Origin: Octopus sinensis
Lineage: Eukaryota
DNA: 64,000 nt
NCBI RefSeq assembly: GCF_006345805.1
Contig: NC_043014.1
Span: 11,780,001-11,844,000 of the forward strand
Direction of reading: 5' to 3'
Below the pieces are notes generated by a model that did not search any database, was not told where the DNA came from, and saw only the letters and a list, made by a program, of their open reading frames with translations. Position 1 is the first letter of the stretch, and each line of letters opens with the position of its first letter. A program made the translations under genes and the position numbers. Shown piece after piece: positions 22,874 to 36,649 of this stretch.

Positions 22874-23396
22874 TGTATATATATTGTATGTATGCATATA
22901 TGTATGTATGTATTAATGTGGGTAGGAAGATATATGTTAATCTGCGACTTAATATGTATGTATATATATATTGCTTTATGTACATATCACTTATTTATAT
23001 ATTATTTAAATGTATATCTCCTTATAGATGCACATTCATATGAAAAATGTATCGTCTTTATTCACTGATAATGATGTGCAAATAATGCCATGTAATTAAG
23101 TGTAAGCACACACACACATACACACAGACACTCACACACACACCATTATAATGAAGAATAGCACATCTTAAAATATGAAATGATGGCGACTGGAAATCCC
23201 TTGATTAAATCTCTACTCTATTGATAAAAGCTAACAGGGAGTTAAACTAGAGCAGTTACAAAGACACATAATTTCGACATAAAAATACCGGACGTTTTAT
23301 TGACCAAGATTCTGTGTTGTTCACCTTATACAAATAATCCAAATAATGTTTTCTGAATTTTAAAAATTTCATTTCATCTTTCATTTTATTCCACAG

Positions 23397-23551
23397 AATA
23401 CGGGCTCAGGGCTCAGCGGCTTTAGATTTGTGTGGTGTTGCTTGTGGCCAGGCCGATGCTTTTGTTGAATATGGAATTCACGTATGGGACATCGCTGCTG
23501 GTATACTGATAGCAACCGAAGCCGGAGCCACCGTAATGGACCCAAATAATG
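23397..23551 (+). CDS. IMPA: IMPA exon with the catalytic WDxAAG motif ([51 protein letters not shown])
   Basis: Contains the IMPase signature (GSAALDLC...G.H.WD.AAG..I..EAG). ccacag acceptor, G|GTTAGT donor. Confidence 0.97.
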
Positions 23552-24395
23552 GTTAGTATTTGAAAATAAGCAGACATTCACTCACAGATTCATTGCAATA
23601 CATGTTGACACACACATACGGTAAACCCGCCAGACAGAGAAGTCAAAGCTCTATCAAGGCGCAACCTACCGCCAGAAAAAAAATAGAATGAATATATTGG
23701 AAAATGTAAGGCAACGAGTTAGCACAATTGCTACCAGAGTGTTTTCTCTGACTTTACTTTCTTGGGTGGAGGCGCGTAGCTTAGTGATTAGAGTGTCAGG
23801 ACCATGATCCTAAGATTGTGGTTTCGATTCCTGGACCGGGCAATGCGTTGTGTCCTTGAGCAAAACACTTCATTTCACGTTGCTCCAGTCCACTCAGCTG
23901 GCAAAAGTGAGTAACGCTGATTTGGACTGGCGTCCCGTCCATCTGGGGAACACATACGCCATAGAAACCGGGAAACCGGGCCCATGAGCTTGGCTAGGCT
24001 TTAAAAGGGCGCGTTTATTTATTTTTTACTTTCTTGGCTCAAATTCCACCGAGACTACCTTGCCTATCATCCTTTCAAGGTCGATTAAATATGTACCAGT
24101 TGTGCACTGGGTTCGATGTAATTGACTGGCCTCTTTCCCTTAAACTTTCAGGCTTTGTGCCTATATTAATGAGGATTATTGATAAGGCGGTGAGCTGGCA
24201 GAATCGTTAGCATGCCGGAGAAAAACGCTTAGCGGCATTTCTTCTGGCTTTACGTTCTGAGTTCAAATGAGGTCGATTTTGCCTTTCAAACTTTTCAGGG
24301 GTCGAGGAAATAAGTACCAGTTGAATGTAATCGATTTCCCTTCCCCTCAAAATTTCTGGCCTTCGTCAAAATTTATAAATGTATTATCGTTATTA

Positions 24396-24445
<50 letters not shown>

Positions 24446-24460
24446 TTATTGTTATTATTA

Positions 24461-24999
24461 TTGAGTGAGAGAGCAGTGCATGCCATCAAAGTGACACTGG
24501 GTAAAATATACGAAGCCCAATATACCCATCATAACTACCCGTCTGATAAGGAACATGCATCACAACCACATATGCGCGACATGGTGATCTCATATCAAGA
24601 TAAACAGCACATGACCTTGCAGGTGGGACCCATCTAGAATTTATTTCAGGTCGAGTAGCCCATCCCGCTCAAAAGGTCCCTGAATAAGGGTTGCTTAAGT
24701 TTGTTGAACGAAACTTCCATGTTTCCAGAGGTGAATTATTCAAACCTCAAAGAATCCCTCTCAAAACATGACTATGATGCTCCCCTACTACTTCTGCTCG
24801 TGATGCACATATCGTCGACCACTAATGGACATGCTCAACTGGTTAAGGTCAAACAACTGACAAGCAAATCTGTGGTATTGAGCAGAATATTTGCTGTAGC
24901 CCATCTTTTATACCAAGACAAAACAATATACATGATAACACTTCCAATCAGTTAAAGATCAGAAGCCACGTGAGCCATTGTCTGGTACGGCATCAGGGC
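24461..24999. mobile_element. ~540-bp unclassified interspersed element inserted in (TTA)n
   Basis: Complex sequence sharply bounded by TTA arrays on both sides. No recognisable domain. Confidence 0.4.
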
Positions 25000-25000
25000 C

Positions 25001-25045
<45 letters not shown>

Positions 25046-25297
25046 GTTATTGTTGTTGTTAAGGCAACGAGCTGGCAGAATTGTCAGTACGCAGGACGAA
25101 ATGTTTAGCGGTATTTCGCCCGTCGCTACGTTCTGAGTTCAAATTCCACCGAGGTCGATTTTATCTTTCATCCTTCCGGGGTTGATAAATTAAGTACCAG
25201 TATAGTACTGGGGTGCATATAATCAACTTGCACCCATTCCCTCAATTGCTGGCCTTGTGCTATGATTTGAAGCCCTTATTTCAAGAAAGGATTATTA

Positions 25298-25342
<45 letters not shown>

Positions 25343-25925
25343 GGCGGCGTGCTGGCAGAATCGTTAGCACGCTGGACAAAATTCTTGGTATTTCGCTCGT
25401 CGCTACGTTCTGAGTTCAAATTCGGGCGAAGTCAACTTTGCCCTTCATCCTTTCGGGGTAGATGAATTAAGTACCAGTTGCGTACTGGTGCCCGAACAAA
25501 AACTTTTGGGTCAACAAAAATAAGTACCAGTCAAACACTGGGGGCGATGTAATCGACTTGCACCCATTCCCACAATCGCTGGCCTTGTGCTGTGATTTGA
25601 AACCCTTATTAGTTGGCGCTGGGCTGGCAGAATCATTACCGCGCCGGGCAAAATGCTTATCAGCATTTCGTCCCTCCTTTCGTTCAGAGTTCAAATTCCA
25701 CCGGGGTCCGCTTTGCCTTTTATCCTTTCGGGGTCTATAAAATGAGTAGAAGTTGAACATTGGGATCAAGGTAATCGACTTAGCTTCTTCCCTAAAATTT
25801 CTGGCCTTGGGCTAAAATATGAAATCATTATTATTGTTGTTGAGGATGTTAACGTCCTGTTAAAATATGTACAACGTGTCAAATCTTAAACAATGTCGTT
25901 TTTTATTAAAACTATATTTACTCAG

Positions 25926-26032
25926 GAGGAAAACTGGATATGATGAATCGGCGTATTTTATGTGCTTCTTCCCGAAGTTTGGCCCATCAACTGAGAAGCC
26001 AAATTAAATCTCAAGAATTCATACCCGATTAA
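25926..26032 (+). CDS. IMPA: IMPA last coding exon (GGKLDMMNRRILCASSRSLAHQLRSQIKSQEFIPD*)
   Basis: ctcag acceptor in phase 1. Matches IMPA1 GPFDLMSRRVIAA. TAA stop at 26030-26032. Confidence 0.93.
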
Positions 26033-26217
26033 CAATTTTCACCTTCCGTTCACAAATGAGCCCTTTTTTTTAGTGTTCCCTATTTTAGTGTTCAATTGTG
26101 AATGAAAGGCGAAAACTGTTCTTTTTTTTTTCTTTTTCTTTTTCATTGGAAAAACAAATGTTAAAATATTATTGTTATTATTGAAAAAAAATTACAAAAT
26201 ACAGAAAAAATATCAAA

Positions 26218-26294
26218 AATAAAGAAATCACTTAAAAAATTATAAAAATTTTCAAAATCAATAAAAGACATTGTCAATTTCTTCTCTCAATAAA
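26218..26294 (+). promoter_or_regulatory. Candidate polyadenylation signals of IMPA
   Basis: AATAAA at 26218, 26260 and 26289, about 190-260 bp after the stop codon. Confidence 0.55.
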
Positions 26295-26394
26295 CAGTCA
26301 TTGAAATCCACGCGAGTTATTTCTTCAGCTTACAATTTATAAGACACATACAAACGCATCTATATACCTACATGTACATATTGAGATTTTATAA

Positions 26395-27413
26395 TCTATT
26401 ATATAAAATCCGTTCTGTCTGTCTGTGTGTGTGTGTCTTCTAGGATCTCGGGCAACCTCCATCCGATTGCGTTCAAATTTGATATGTAGAGAGCGACGGT
26501 ATCAGGGTGACGGTATCAGTCTTGAAAAGGCGGCGAGCTGGCAGAAACGTTAGCACGCCGGGCGGAATGCTTAGCTGTATTTCGTCTGCCGTTAGGTTCT
26601 GAGTTCAAATTCCGCCGAGGTCGGCTTTGCCTTTCATCCTTTCGGGGTCGATAAATTAAGTACCAGTTACGCACTGGGGTCGATGTAATCGACTTAATAC
26701 CTATGTCTATCCTTGTTTGTCCCCTCTGTGTTTAGCCCCTTGTGGGTAGTAAAGAAATAGGTATCTATCTTGAAAAAATTACAAAAATCAACTCCAGGTG
26801 AGAATGCGATCGATAAAGCCGTGGGAACGTGCATTTGTAAAATCGTTTTTCTTGGAATAGAAAAAAAAAATCTATCTTTATTTCTTCTTTTGCTGGTGTC
26901 TCAAATTTAGGTTAAGTCAGTGTTTCTCAAAGGGGAGGCCTACGGGACGGTCGGACAAGTTGCCTTTGAAAAAATTTGGTTTAAATGTTTGACAACTCAG
27001 CACCGTCCATTGAACGGGGAGCGTTTTGCTCATCTATTATATAAAATCCGTTCTGTCTGTCTGTCTGTGTGTCGTCTAGGATCTCGGGCATTCTCCATTT
27101 GATTGCGCTCAAATTTGATATGTAGATACCGACGGTATCAGGGCGTGTATAAGTCTTGAAAAAAATTACAAAAATCGATTCCAGGTGAGAATGCGGTCAA
27201 TAAAGCCGTAGGAACGTGCATTTGTAAACTCGTTTTTCTTGGAATAGAAAAAGTCTATCTTTATTTCTTCTTTTGCTGGTGTCTCAAATTTATGTTAAAT
27301 CAGTGTTTCTCAAAGGTGAGGCCTATGGGACGGTCGGACAAGTTGTTTTGAGAACATTTGGTTTAAATGTTTGACAACTCAGCACCGTCCATTGAACGGG
27401 ATCGTTTTGCTCG
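26395..27413 (+). mobile_element. Head-to-tail Helitron dimer (family H2); the first copy carries a SINE
   Basis: A|TC start at 26395, second TC start at 27033, hairpin ccgtccattgaacgg near each end, termini CTCA and CTCG|T. Confidence 0.75.
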
Positions 27414-27459
27414 TTAGACATATACATCAACCTAGAGGCATAAATATATAACACGCATA

Positions 27460-27759
27460 TCTTTATATATAAAAGAGAAGTTGTGTGTCTGTCTCCTACG
27501 ATTTAGATTCCTAACTACTCCCACATTTTGCGGTGCAGTTTAACCAAAATCGGGTATCTTATAGTCGTGATTCATATCGAGCCCTTCTGGGTATTAGCGC
27601 GCGTCTTCGGTGAGTCTACGATTTAAAAAAATAATTTACCATCATTTTTTTCTATTTTAATGCATTTTTTTCGCTATTATATAAGGGAAGTAACTCTCTA
27701 AAAATGGTTATATAGTTATTTCCCTTACAAACCCGAGCAACGCCGGGCGATACTGCTAG
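27460..27759 (+). mobile_element. Non-autonomous Helitron (family H1), complete
   Basis: A|TC...hairpin...CTAG|T, no TSD. Confidence 0.85.
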
Positions 27760-28370
27760 TTCACATATAAACGTGATCATAGCAAATATATTCTTTTAGT
27801 CCTGCGATTTTTATTGTGACGGTATGCGGGTAGGAAGGTTTCAAATAAGTTAAACTATAAGGAGCCAGATTCGAAAATGTTTAGAAACAAACGAGATTAT
27901 CTCCCCTGCTCAAGTGGATCTGTTCTGAATTATCATTTAGCAATTACGATACATCATCCCGAGGCGGAAATAATTTTAATAAACCAAGAAATTATGTTGT
28001 ACGGTATTCCATACACCTGTGATTGTCTAGGCTGTTTAAATGCATTTCACCGGCTACTTTGAGTTGTTTGTCTTATTTCATTTTTGTTTAAATTAAAAAA
28101 GTAAAGTTGGCTGGGTACAAAGCCGTTAGTGAAAATCATGGAATTTTTTGTTTATCTCGGAGTGAGCTGCCTGAAAAGGAGGATGTATATATATATATAT
28201 ATTATATATATATAATAATATGAGGGAATAATTTTCCAACTTATTTGCTCATATACTTAATCATTGTTATATGTTTTATCTTATATTAATCTTTCTATAA
28301 TATGTAATTTTTCTAAATGGTATAATTTTTTTTCATTATTGAATTGATAAAAGGTGTTTTTTTTTTTCTA

Positions 28371-28401
<31 letters not shown>

Positions 28402-28473
28402 AATATATATATATATTATATATATATATTATATATATATAATATATATATATATGTGTGTGTGTGTTTATAT

Positions 28474-28670
28474 ACGAGTCTGATCAATAGTATCCGGACT
28501 GTTGCTATTGTAACGAAGCTAAAACACGCAAAGTAAAACCGCTTGGCACATATTGATTTTGAACTCTGCAGTGATTGTGCACCAAGTTTTAACGTTCTAG
28601 CTCTCTGCCGCTGTTTACCATAGTATTGTGGCCTTCTTTTAGTATACGCAGGTTAAGATACTCCGATCGA
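28474..28670. mobile_element. Truncated mariner-type MITE
   Basis: ta-cgagtctgatcaatagtatccggac left end. The right end is decayed. Confidence 0.4.
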
Positions 28671-29546
28671 TCGATCCATCCACTTGTGTACATGCACATA
28701 TATACAGCATACGTATACGCATACAAACATACATTCAAATATATGTGTAAAATATACGTATATATATATATATATATATATGAGTGTGTGTATGTATGTA
28801 TGAATGTGTGTATATATATATAGGCACAGGAGTGGCTGTGTGGTAAGTAGGCTGCTTACCAACCATATGGTTCCGTGTTCATTCCCACTGCATGGCACCT
28901 TGGGTAAGTGTCTTTTACTATAGCCTCGGGCCGACCAAAGCCTTGTGAGTGGATTTGGTAGACGGAAACTGAAAGAAGCCTGTCGTATATATGTATATAT
29001 ATATGTGTGTGTGTGTGTGTATATGTTTGTGTGTCTGTGTTTGTCCCCCCAACATCGCTTGACAACCGATGCTGGTGTGTTTACGTCCCCGTAACTTAGC
29101 GGTTCGGCAAAAGAGACAGATAGAATAAGTACTTGGCTTACAAATAATAAGTCCTGGAGCCGACTTGCTCGACAAAAGGCAGTGCTCCAGCATGGCCACA
29201 GTGAAATGACTGAAACACGTAAAAGAGTAAAAGAGTATGATATACAGTAATGCAAGGTACGAAAACTTGTCATACAAAACTTGTATTCCTTTACAAAACT
29301 TTTTGATGTTTATATTCCTTTATAATTCTGCGACAAGTAATCAAGGATGTCAATGTATTTCATTAAAATAAAATAAAATTCCTCCATCCAGTATTGACGA
29401 TATTTAAGTTGACGATAAAATGCTATCAAGAATGGCGATAATGAATTTGAGGTTGACGTGGACGAGATTGAAGTTGATAATACAATGTATGCTCCCAGAA
29501 TTTATACGAAGATTGACTGATTAGCAAGTCAGTGCTTATTGAAATA

Positions 29547-30094
29547 TTGGGTTGTCCGGAAAGTTCGAGCCGATTTTTAAAGGAAAGAAAAAGGTTAATA
29601 GATACTTGCCATTACATTTTTAATCAACCATTTTGTTGCACAATGCGTCTCCATCTTTCCTTTAACTTGAAAATACCATCTTCCCAGAATTGAGGTTGTT
29701 TCATGGCAAAGAATTCATCAAGGTATCTTTTTACGTCATCCAAGGAATTGAAATTTTTACCATTAAGACTATCCTGCAGAGACCTGAAGAGTGGAATCCG
29801 AAGAGCAAATCTGGTGAATATGGAGGGTGGGGTAACACATCCCAGCCAGCTGGCAGCAATTTTGTCTGGTTCCCAAGCATCAAGTGCGAAAATGAACTTT
29901 CTTATCTTCCATTTTAAAGGGTTACAGAATTAACACAGGTTATAGGAACATAAACCTTCTTCCACGAAAAGATAGCTTAAACTGCGCTCTAAATTGAGGT
30001 GTAGTGAAATCCTATTTTATGGACTCAAGCATGTTCTAAAATAAGTCGAAAGGTAAGCTGCTCTAAATCGGAACGAACTTTCCGGACAACCCAA
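29547..30094 (-). mobile_element. Internally deleted mariner element
   Basis: TIRs ttgggttgtccggaaagttcg / cgaactttccggacaacccaa with TA TSD. Minus strand retains a decayed HPPYSPDL..SD motif. Confidence 0.9.
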
Positions 30095-30129
30095 TACAAT
30101 TCATTCCATGTAATAGAATCTACCGACAC

Positions 30130-30990
30130 ATTTTTGGGGGGCTTTATCTTGTACGTATCCTTATTAAGAAGTTTAATGTGATGTTCCTCCGTAGTATGTG
30201 GGTTCTCGGTTCCCTACTAGGTGCGATTATGGGGCTTAGCTTAAGTGTAGCCTCATCGCTCCAAGCAAATTTTTGTTGGGAAATCTACATTTACTGCATA
30301 TCATGCCAAGTACCACTCTTTGACCCGGATCAGCATCATTGAAGAATATGAAGCTTTCTTAGAAGGGAACAGCAAGTTTCATTCCATTTCTAGTACTCTT
30401 TCTTGCTTTATGAGGCTTTTTAGGGGTCAGGCGTTTTCTGAAACGTTTCTTGCGCGCATTCTTATTTCTTATTTCTTTACTGCCCACAAGGGACTACACA
30501 CTGAGGGGACAAACAAGGAGAGACAAACGGATTAAGTTGATTACATCGACCCCAGTATGCAACTGGTATTTAATTTATCGACCCCGAAAGGATGAAAGGT
30601 AATGTTGACCTCGGCGGAATTTGAACTCAACGTAACGGCAGACGAAATACCTATTTCTTTACTACCCATAAGGGGCTAAACACAGAGGAGGCAAACAAGG
30701 ACAGACACACGGATTAAGTTGATTATATCGACCCCAGTGCGTAACTGGTACTTATTTAATCGACCCCAAAAGGATGAAAGGCAAAGTCGACCTCGGCGGA
30801 ATTTGAACTCAGAACGTAACGGCAGACGAAATACGGCTACGCATTTCGCCCGGCGTACTAACGTGTCTGCCAGATCGCCTCCTTCTTGTGCGCATTCTGA
30901 ACGGTTCCAACCAGTTCCAGAGAAAAAAAGCAGCTAATCTGTTTCTATGCTCAACGATTATCGTAGCTAAAGAAAAATGGAATTTCTAAT
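30130..30990 (-). pseudogene. Decayed Tc1-like transposase fragment interrupted by a family-A SINE dimer (30463-30882)
   Basis: Minus strand reads WSDEATLKL..HNR...GTENPH..EEHH. SINE TSD ttcttg(c/t)gcgcattct at 30447-62 and 30883-98. Confidence 0.6.
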
Positions 30991-31313
30991 TTGCATAGCG
31001 TAAGTGATAAACATTTGCATTTGATATCAAGGGCCTACGGTCGGGGATGTCAGTTCACATATGAACTCTCATCAGGGGCGTCTACATCATTTTCACCGAT
31101 TCCAACCAACCTGTTTATATTCTCAACAGTTACAGTAAGCTGCAGAACGGGATTCCAATAAAATTCAAAAATCGAATATGGTTGTTCATCATTTTTTTCC
31201 AGTCTTCGGAGAAATAGCTAAATTTTCTATTTCTATATTTTCTATATAAGTTAACACACACACACACACACACACACACGATGTCTTACACACATATACA
31301 TACATACATGCAT

Positions 31314-31344
<31 letters not shown>

Positions 31345-31549
31345 CATGCATACATACATACATACACACACATATATATGTATACATACATATATACACA
31401 CACACACATATTATATATATACATGTATACATACATACACACATACGCACACACATACATATACACATACATGCATACACACACACACACATATATATAC
31501 ATACATACATGCATGCATGCATACATACTCACATACATACATACATACA

Positions 31550-31583
<34 letters not shown>

Positions 31584-32099
31584 CATGATATCTTACGTAT
31601 TTATTCTTAATACGTCCCGGCCAATTCGAAGTGAATATGCTAATCGCTACTGTCACAGAAGAACATCTCCATTGCGACGACTATCTGCTCAGATCACACT
31701 CGACTCATTAGTACAAAGTGCTCTGGGACACCGATCTTTCGACACGTGTCTCGTCAACAAGAAGACCGACTCATCGACATGAACCGATGACTTTATCTAT
31801 AATTTCAGCGAACACCACGGATCAGTGAACAGTTTGCTGTCTGTACTAATCTCTGAACTAATCTTTTGCAATTATCTTTTTCAATTTTCTTGCTTGTAGA
31901 TGTTACCATTTCTGTGGAAGCTTACAATCGATGCCTAGTTCGCGGGTTCAAATATAAATAACGCTGATACTCTTTATATACTAGCCAAGTATCTGAAATG
32001 ATTGTACTATTTACTAATACAGCAAATGTATTGTGGGATACTGTCTTGTTTTGAGAAGAGATCTCTAACCAATATATGTTTGAAGTGTTTATAACATTC

Positions 32100-32290
32100 T
32101 TTCTTCGCAGCATTTATGTAAGGTATGCGTTCGTCAATATCTCAAATATCTTCAGCACTCGTTGTGAAGAATGGTAGAGCCACAGACCATTGATGCAACA
32201 TTTTTCGGTTTGGGATATCTGAACATTTCTTTTGGCCGAATTCCATTCCTATTTCGGTTAAGAATGTTCTTATTAAATCCAGCTGCTTAA
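32100..32290 (-). mobile_element. R4/Dong-like RT fragment
   Basis: Reads QLDLIRTFLTEIGMEFGQ, similar to the F..DIGMEFG..KC motif. Confidence 0.45.
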
Positions 32291-32399
32291 CAAAGTTTTA
32301 AATATTTATTTCTAGTATAGATCTTTACATTGCACGCAAACATTGTCTATCCATATGTCTACTTGTCTGTCTGTCTATCTATCTATCTATCTATCTATC

Positions 32400-32447
<48 letters not shown>

Positions 32448-32832
32448 CCTGTCTATTTATCTATTTGTTTAATCTGTCTGTTTCTCTCTCTCTCTCTCTC
32501 TCTCACTCTCTCTCTCTCTCTACACACACACATATATATATATTTATATGCACACACAAAATATGTATATATATACATATACACATATATATACATATGT
32601 ATCCATATTCATATGTATACATATGCATATATATATATATATATATACATATATATATACATATACATATAATATATCTATATATAGGTGTAATAATATG
32701 TATATATATATGAATATATACATATATATACTATGTATGTATATACTATATAACAATATATATACAATATTTATATATATACATAAATGTATATGCATAT
32801 ACATATATATATATAGTATATTATATATATAC

Positions 32833-32884
<52 letters not shown>

Positions 32885-33762
32885 TATATATAATATATAG
32901 ATATATACATATGTATACACATACATACCTATATAATATATATATATATATATATACACACACAATATATGTACATGTATTAGGTAGCATATATGTACAG
33001 ATGTGTTACCTCTTTAAATCTATTCGCGGCACACTTGTATGGCAATGACCCAACAGCGGAAACGAAGTTAATGAGCTTTAATAAGTTTAACTTTCTTTTA
33101 TGATTTTCTCTGTAAAAGAAATGTTTGTAAAGGAAAGTTATTGTCTGGAATGCAGAGAATGTCATAGTGAATAACAACGATGACTATACTAAAGATGATA
33201 ATGATGATAATGATGATAATGAGGATGAGGATAGTGATGATAATGAGGATTATCGTGAGGAGGATAATGTTGAAAGCGAGGATGATGTCGGTAATAATGG
33301 CTTCGGCTTTTGGTACGAAGCCAATAGTTTTTAGGAGAGGGAATAAAGTCAGTTACATCAGCCCCAGTGCGCAACTGGTACTCATTGTATTGACACCGGA
33401 AGGAGGAAAAGCAATATCGACCTCGGTGAGATTTGAACTCAAAATGTAATAAAAGCCGGAAGAAATGTCGCTAAGTATTTCGTCCGACTCGCTAACGGTT
33501 CTGTCAGCTCACCGCCTTGAATAACGGTTTCTGATTGTGGAGCTATGCCAACAGCTTTTAAGAGAGGGAGTTAGCTAATTGCATCAGCCCCAGTGTTCAA
33601 CTGGTACTTCTTTTGTCGACCCAGAATCGACGAAAGACAAAATCGACGAAAGACAAAATCGACGAAAGACAAAATCGACTTCAGTGAGATTTCAATTCTG
33701 AACGTAAAAAAAAAGCCGGAAGAAATGCCGCTAAATATTTTGTTCGACGCACTAGCGGTTCT

Positions 33763-34290
33763 TATTTCTTTATCACCCACAAGGGGCTAAACACATAGGG
33801 AACAAACAAAGTCAGACAAAGGGGTTAGGTCGATTACATTGACCCCAATGCGTAACTGGTACTTAATTTATCGACCCCGAAAGGATGAAAGGCAAAAGCG
33901 ACCTCGGCAGAATTTGAACCCAGAAATTAGCGGCAGACGAAATACCTATTTCTTTACTACCCACAAGAGGCTACACATAGAGGGGACAAACAAGGACAGA
34001 CAAACGGATTAAGTCGACCTCAGCGGAATTTGAACTCAGAACGCAGCGGCAGACGAAATACCTTTTCTTATTACCCACAAGGGGCTAAACACAGAGGGGA
34101 CAAACAAGGACCAGACATAGGTATTAAGTCGAGTTACATCGACCTCAGTGCGCAACTGGTACTAATTTATCGACCCCGAAGGATGAAAGGCAAAGTTGAC
34201 CTCGGCGGAATTTGAACTCACAACGTAACGCAGACGAAATACCGCTAAGCATTTCGCCCGGCGTGCTAAAGTTTCTACCAGCTCGCCGCC
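33763..34290 (-). mobile_element. Rearranged family-A SINE multimer
   Basis: Three tail units, one with an internal deletion at gtcgac microhomology. Confidence 0.8.
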
Positions 34291-35207
34291 TTCAGTAACG
34301 GCCAATATTTCTGGCACAAGGCCAACAGTTTTTGGGGGCGAGTGTTTGTCAATTACTTAAACCTCAGTGTTCAGCTTGTACTTATTTTATCGACCTGAAA
34401 GGATAAAAGGCTTAGTCGACCTCGGCGGAATTTGAACATTGAATATGAAGAGCCGGAAGAAATGTCAGTATGAACTTACTTCGATGCTCCAACGATTCTG
34501 CCAGCGTGCTGCCTTATGCTAATTTATTCAAATTTTGGCACAAGGCTAGCAATTTTCTGGGAGGCGGTATGTCGATTACACCAGCCCTAGTATACAACTG
34601 GTACATATTCTATCGAGCCCGAAAGAATGATTCCACCTTGGTGGATTGTAAACACAGAACATAAATAACCGGAAGAAATGCCGCTAACCATTTTGCCGAC
34701 GTTCTAACCATCCTGGCAGCTCGCTGCCTTGGAGATGAAGATGGTAATAATAGTTTCAAATTTTGACGCAGGGGCCAGTAATTTTTGAGGGGAGGGGGAA
34801 TTCGATTATATCGACTCCGGTACTTGATTGGTATTCATTTTATCCCCACAAAAGAATGAAAAGTAAAATCGGCCTCCGTGGAATTTGAACAAAGAACATA
34901 AAGACGGACGAAATGCTACAATGCATTTTGTCCGGCGTGCTAATGAATCTGCCAGCTTCCGCCTTAGATGATAATACTCTTTTACTCTTTTACTTGTTTC
35001 AGTCATGTGACTGTGGCTATGCTGGATCACCGCCTTTAGTCGAGCAAATAGACCCCAGGACTTATTCTTTGTAAGCCAATTACTTATTCCATCGGTCTCT
35101 TTTGCCGAACCGCTAAGTTACGGGGACGTAAACACACCAGTATCGGTTGTCAAGCGATGTTGGGGGACACACTCAGACACACAAACATACGCACACACAC
35201 ACACACA

Positions 35208-35269
<62 letters not shown>

Positions 35270-36319
35270 ATCTATGGTTGTATATAGTTATATCTATATA
35301 TATATATCATGTATATATATATATATCTATATATATATATATATATACATGTATATATATATATATACACACACACACATATATATATATAACACATATA
35401 TACATATACATATATACGACGGACTTCTTTCAGTTTTCGTCTACCAAATCCACTTACAAGGCTTTGGTTGCCACGAGGCTATAGTAGAAGACACTTGCCC
35501 ATGGTGCCATGCGGTGGGACTGAACCCGGAACCATGTGGTAGGTAAACAAGCTACTTACCACACAGCCACTGTATAACATATATATATATATATAGATCG
35601 AAATAGGTCTTTCCTTGTAGCCCTGCCAAGTCAAGTGTTATTCAGAACCGCCCGTAATCCTCCGCCAGAAAAGGCTACACTGGTTTTAGTGGTCGATGCT
35701 GACAACATCTTCGAGAATAATTTCATACTCTCTGGTGAATGCCAAAGAGAATAACAACATTCACTCTCTATTTAGGAATCTTTACAAAAGCCACAGCCTC
35801 AAACGCACGCCTGTGCTTCATCGCTAAACCATCTCGAAAATTCTTCGAGAGGGATTTTAAGCAGCAGGTCGTTGTCGTTGTCGCAGTCATCTCCACCGCC
35901 GTCGTCATTACCGCCGCCGCCGCCGCTGCTACCGCCTACACCACCGCTAACGCCACCACCAAACGTGTCTTACCTATGAGTGCATCTTAAGCGCCTGGCT
36001 CATCTGACATTCTCGCTGCTTCAATTTATGCTGTTGTCCTCTTTCTCCCCCGCCCCTCTCTCACATATACACTCACACATACAATATACACACGTAGCTC
36101 ACAACATACGCGTACACACACAGGTGCGCATATATATAATATATATATATAATATATATTATAACTAAGAGTACTGAGAAACAGCACCTATATGCCAGAA
36201 ATAGACGTCAAATGACTAAACACCAGTTTAAAATACACTCAATTAGCACAAGGTTGAAAGCGAGGAAATGAATAGAAGAGATTTAGTAAATCTCTTTTAT
36301 TCATTTCCTCGTTCATGTT

Positions 36320-36358
<39 letters not shown>

Positions 36359-36443
36359 TAGAGTTTACGAAAACAATAAAGACATACAGGTGGTGTACAA
36401 AACAAACAGATGTATTAGTATAACGCTCAGGAATAGAAAAAGT

Positions 36444-36479
36444 CTTTTACGTTTCGAGCCTACGCTCTTCTACAGAAGG
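36444..36479 (-). ncRNA. Minimal hammerhead-like motif with CUGUAGA core, in a TA-flanked Penelope-like terminus (36356-36540)
   Basis: Minus strand: cctt-CTGTAGA-A-GAGC gtag GCTC-GAAAC-GTA-aaag. Confidence 0.55.
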
Positions 36480-36617
36480 GACACAGAAAAAACAAGGAGA
36501 GAAAAAAATGCGTGTTGTGGCTAACGATCTATCATGGCGACTATATATATATATATATTATATATATACAGTCATATATATATACACTCATATATATATA
36601 TATATTATATATATATA

Positions 36618-36649
<32 letters not shown>

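Noticed and set aside
27877-28062. 61-aa ORF in unique sequence after IMPA
   Set aside because: No recognisable domain or exon boundaries.
35600-36060. GC-richer island with an Ala/Thr-rich ORF
   Set aside because: No convincing splice sites or homology; could be regulatory, but I cannot support that.
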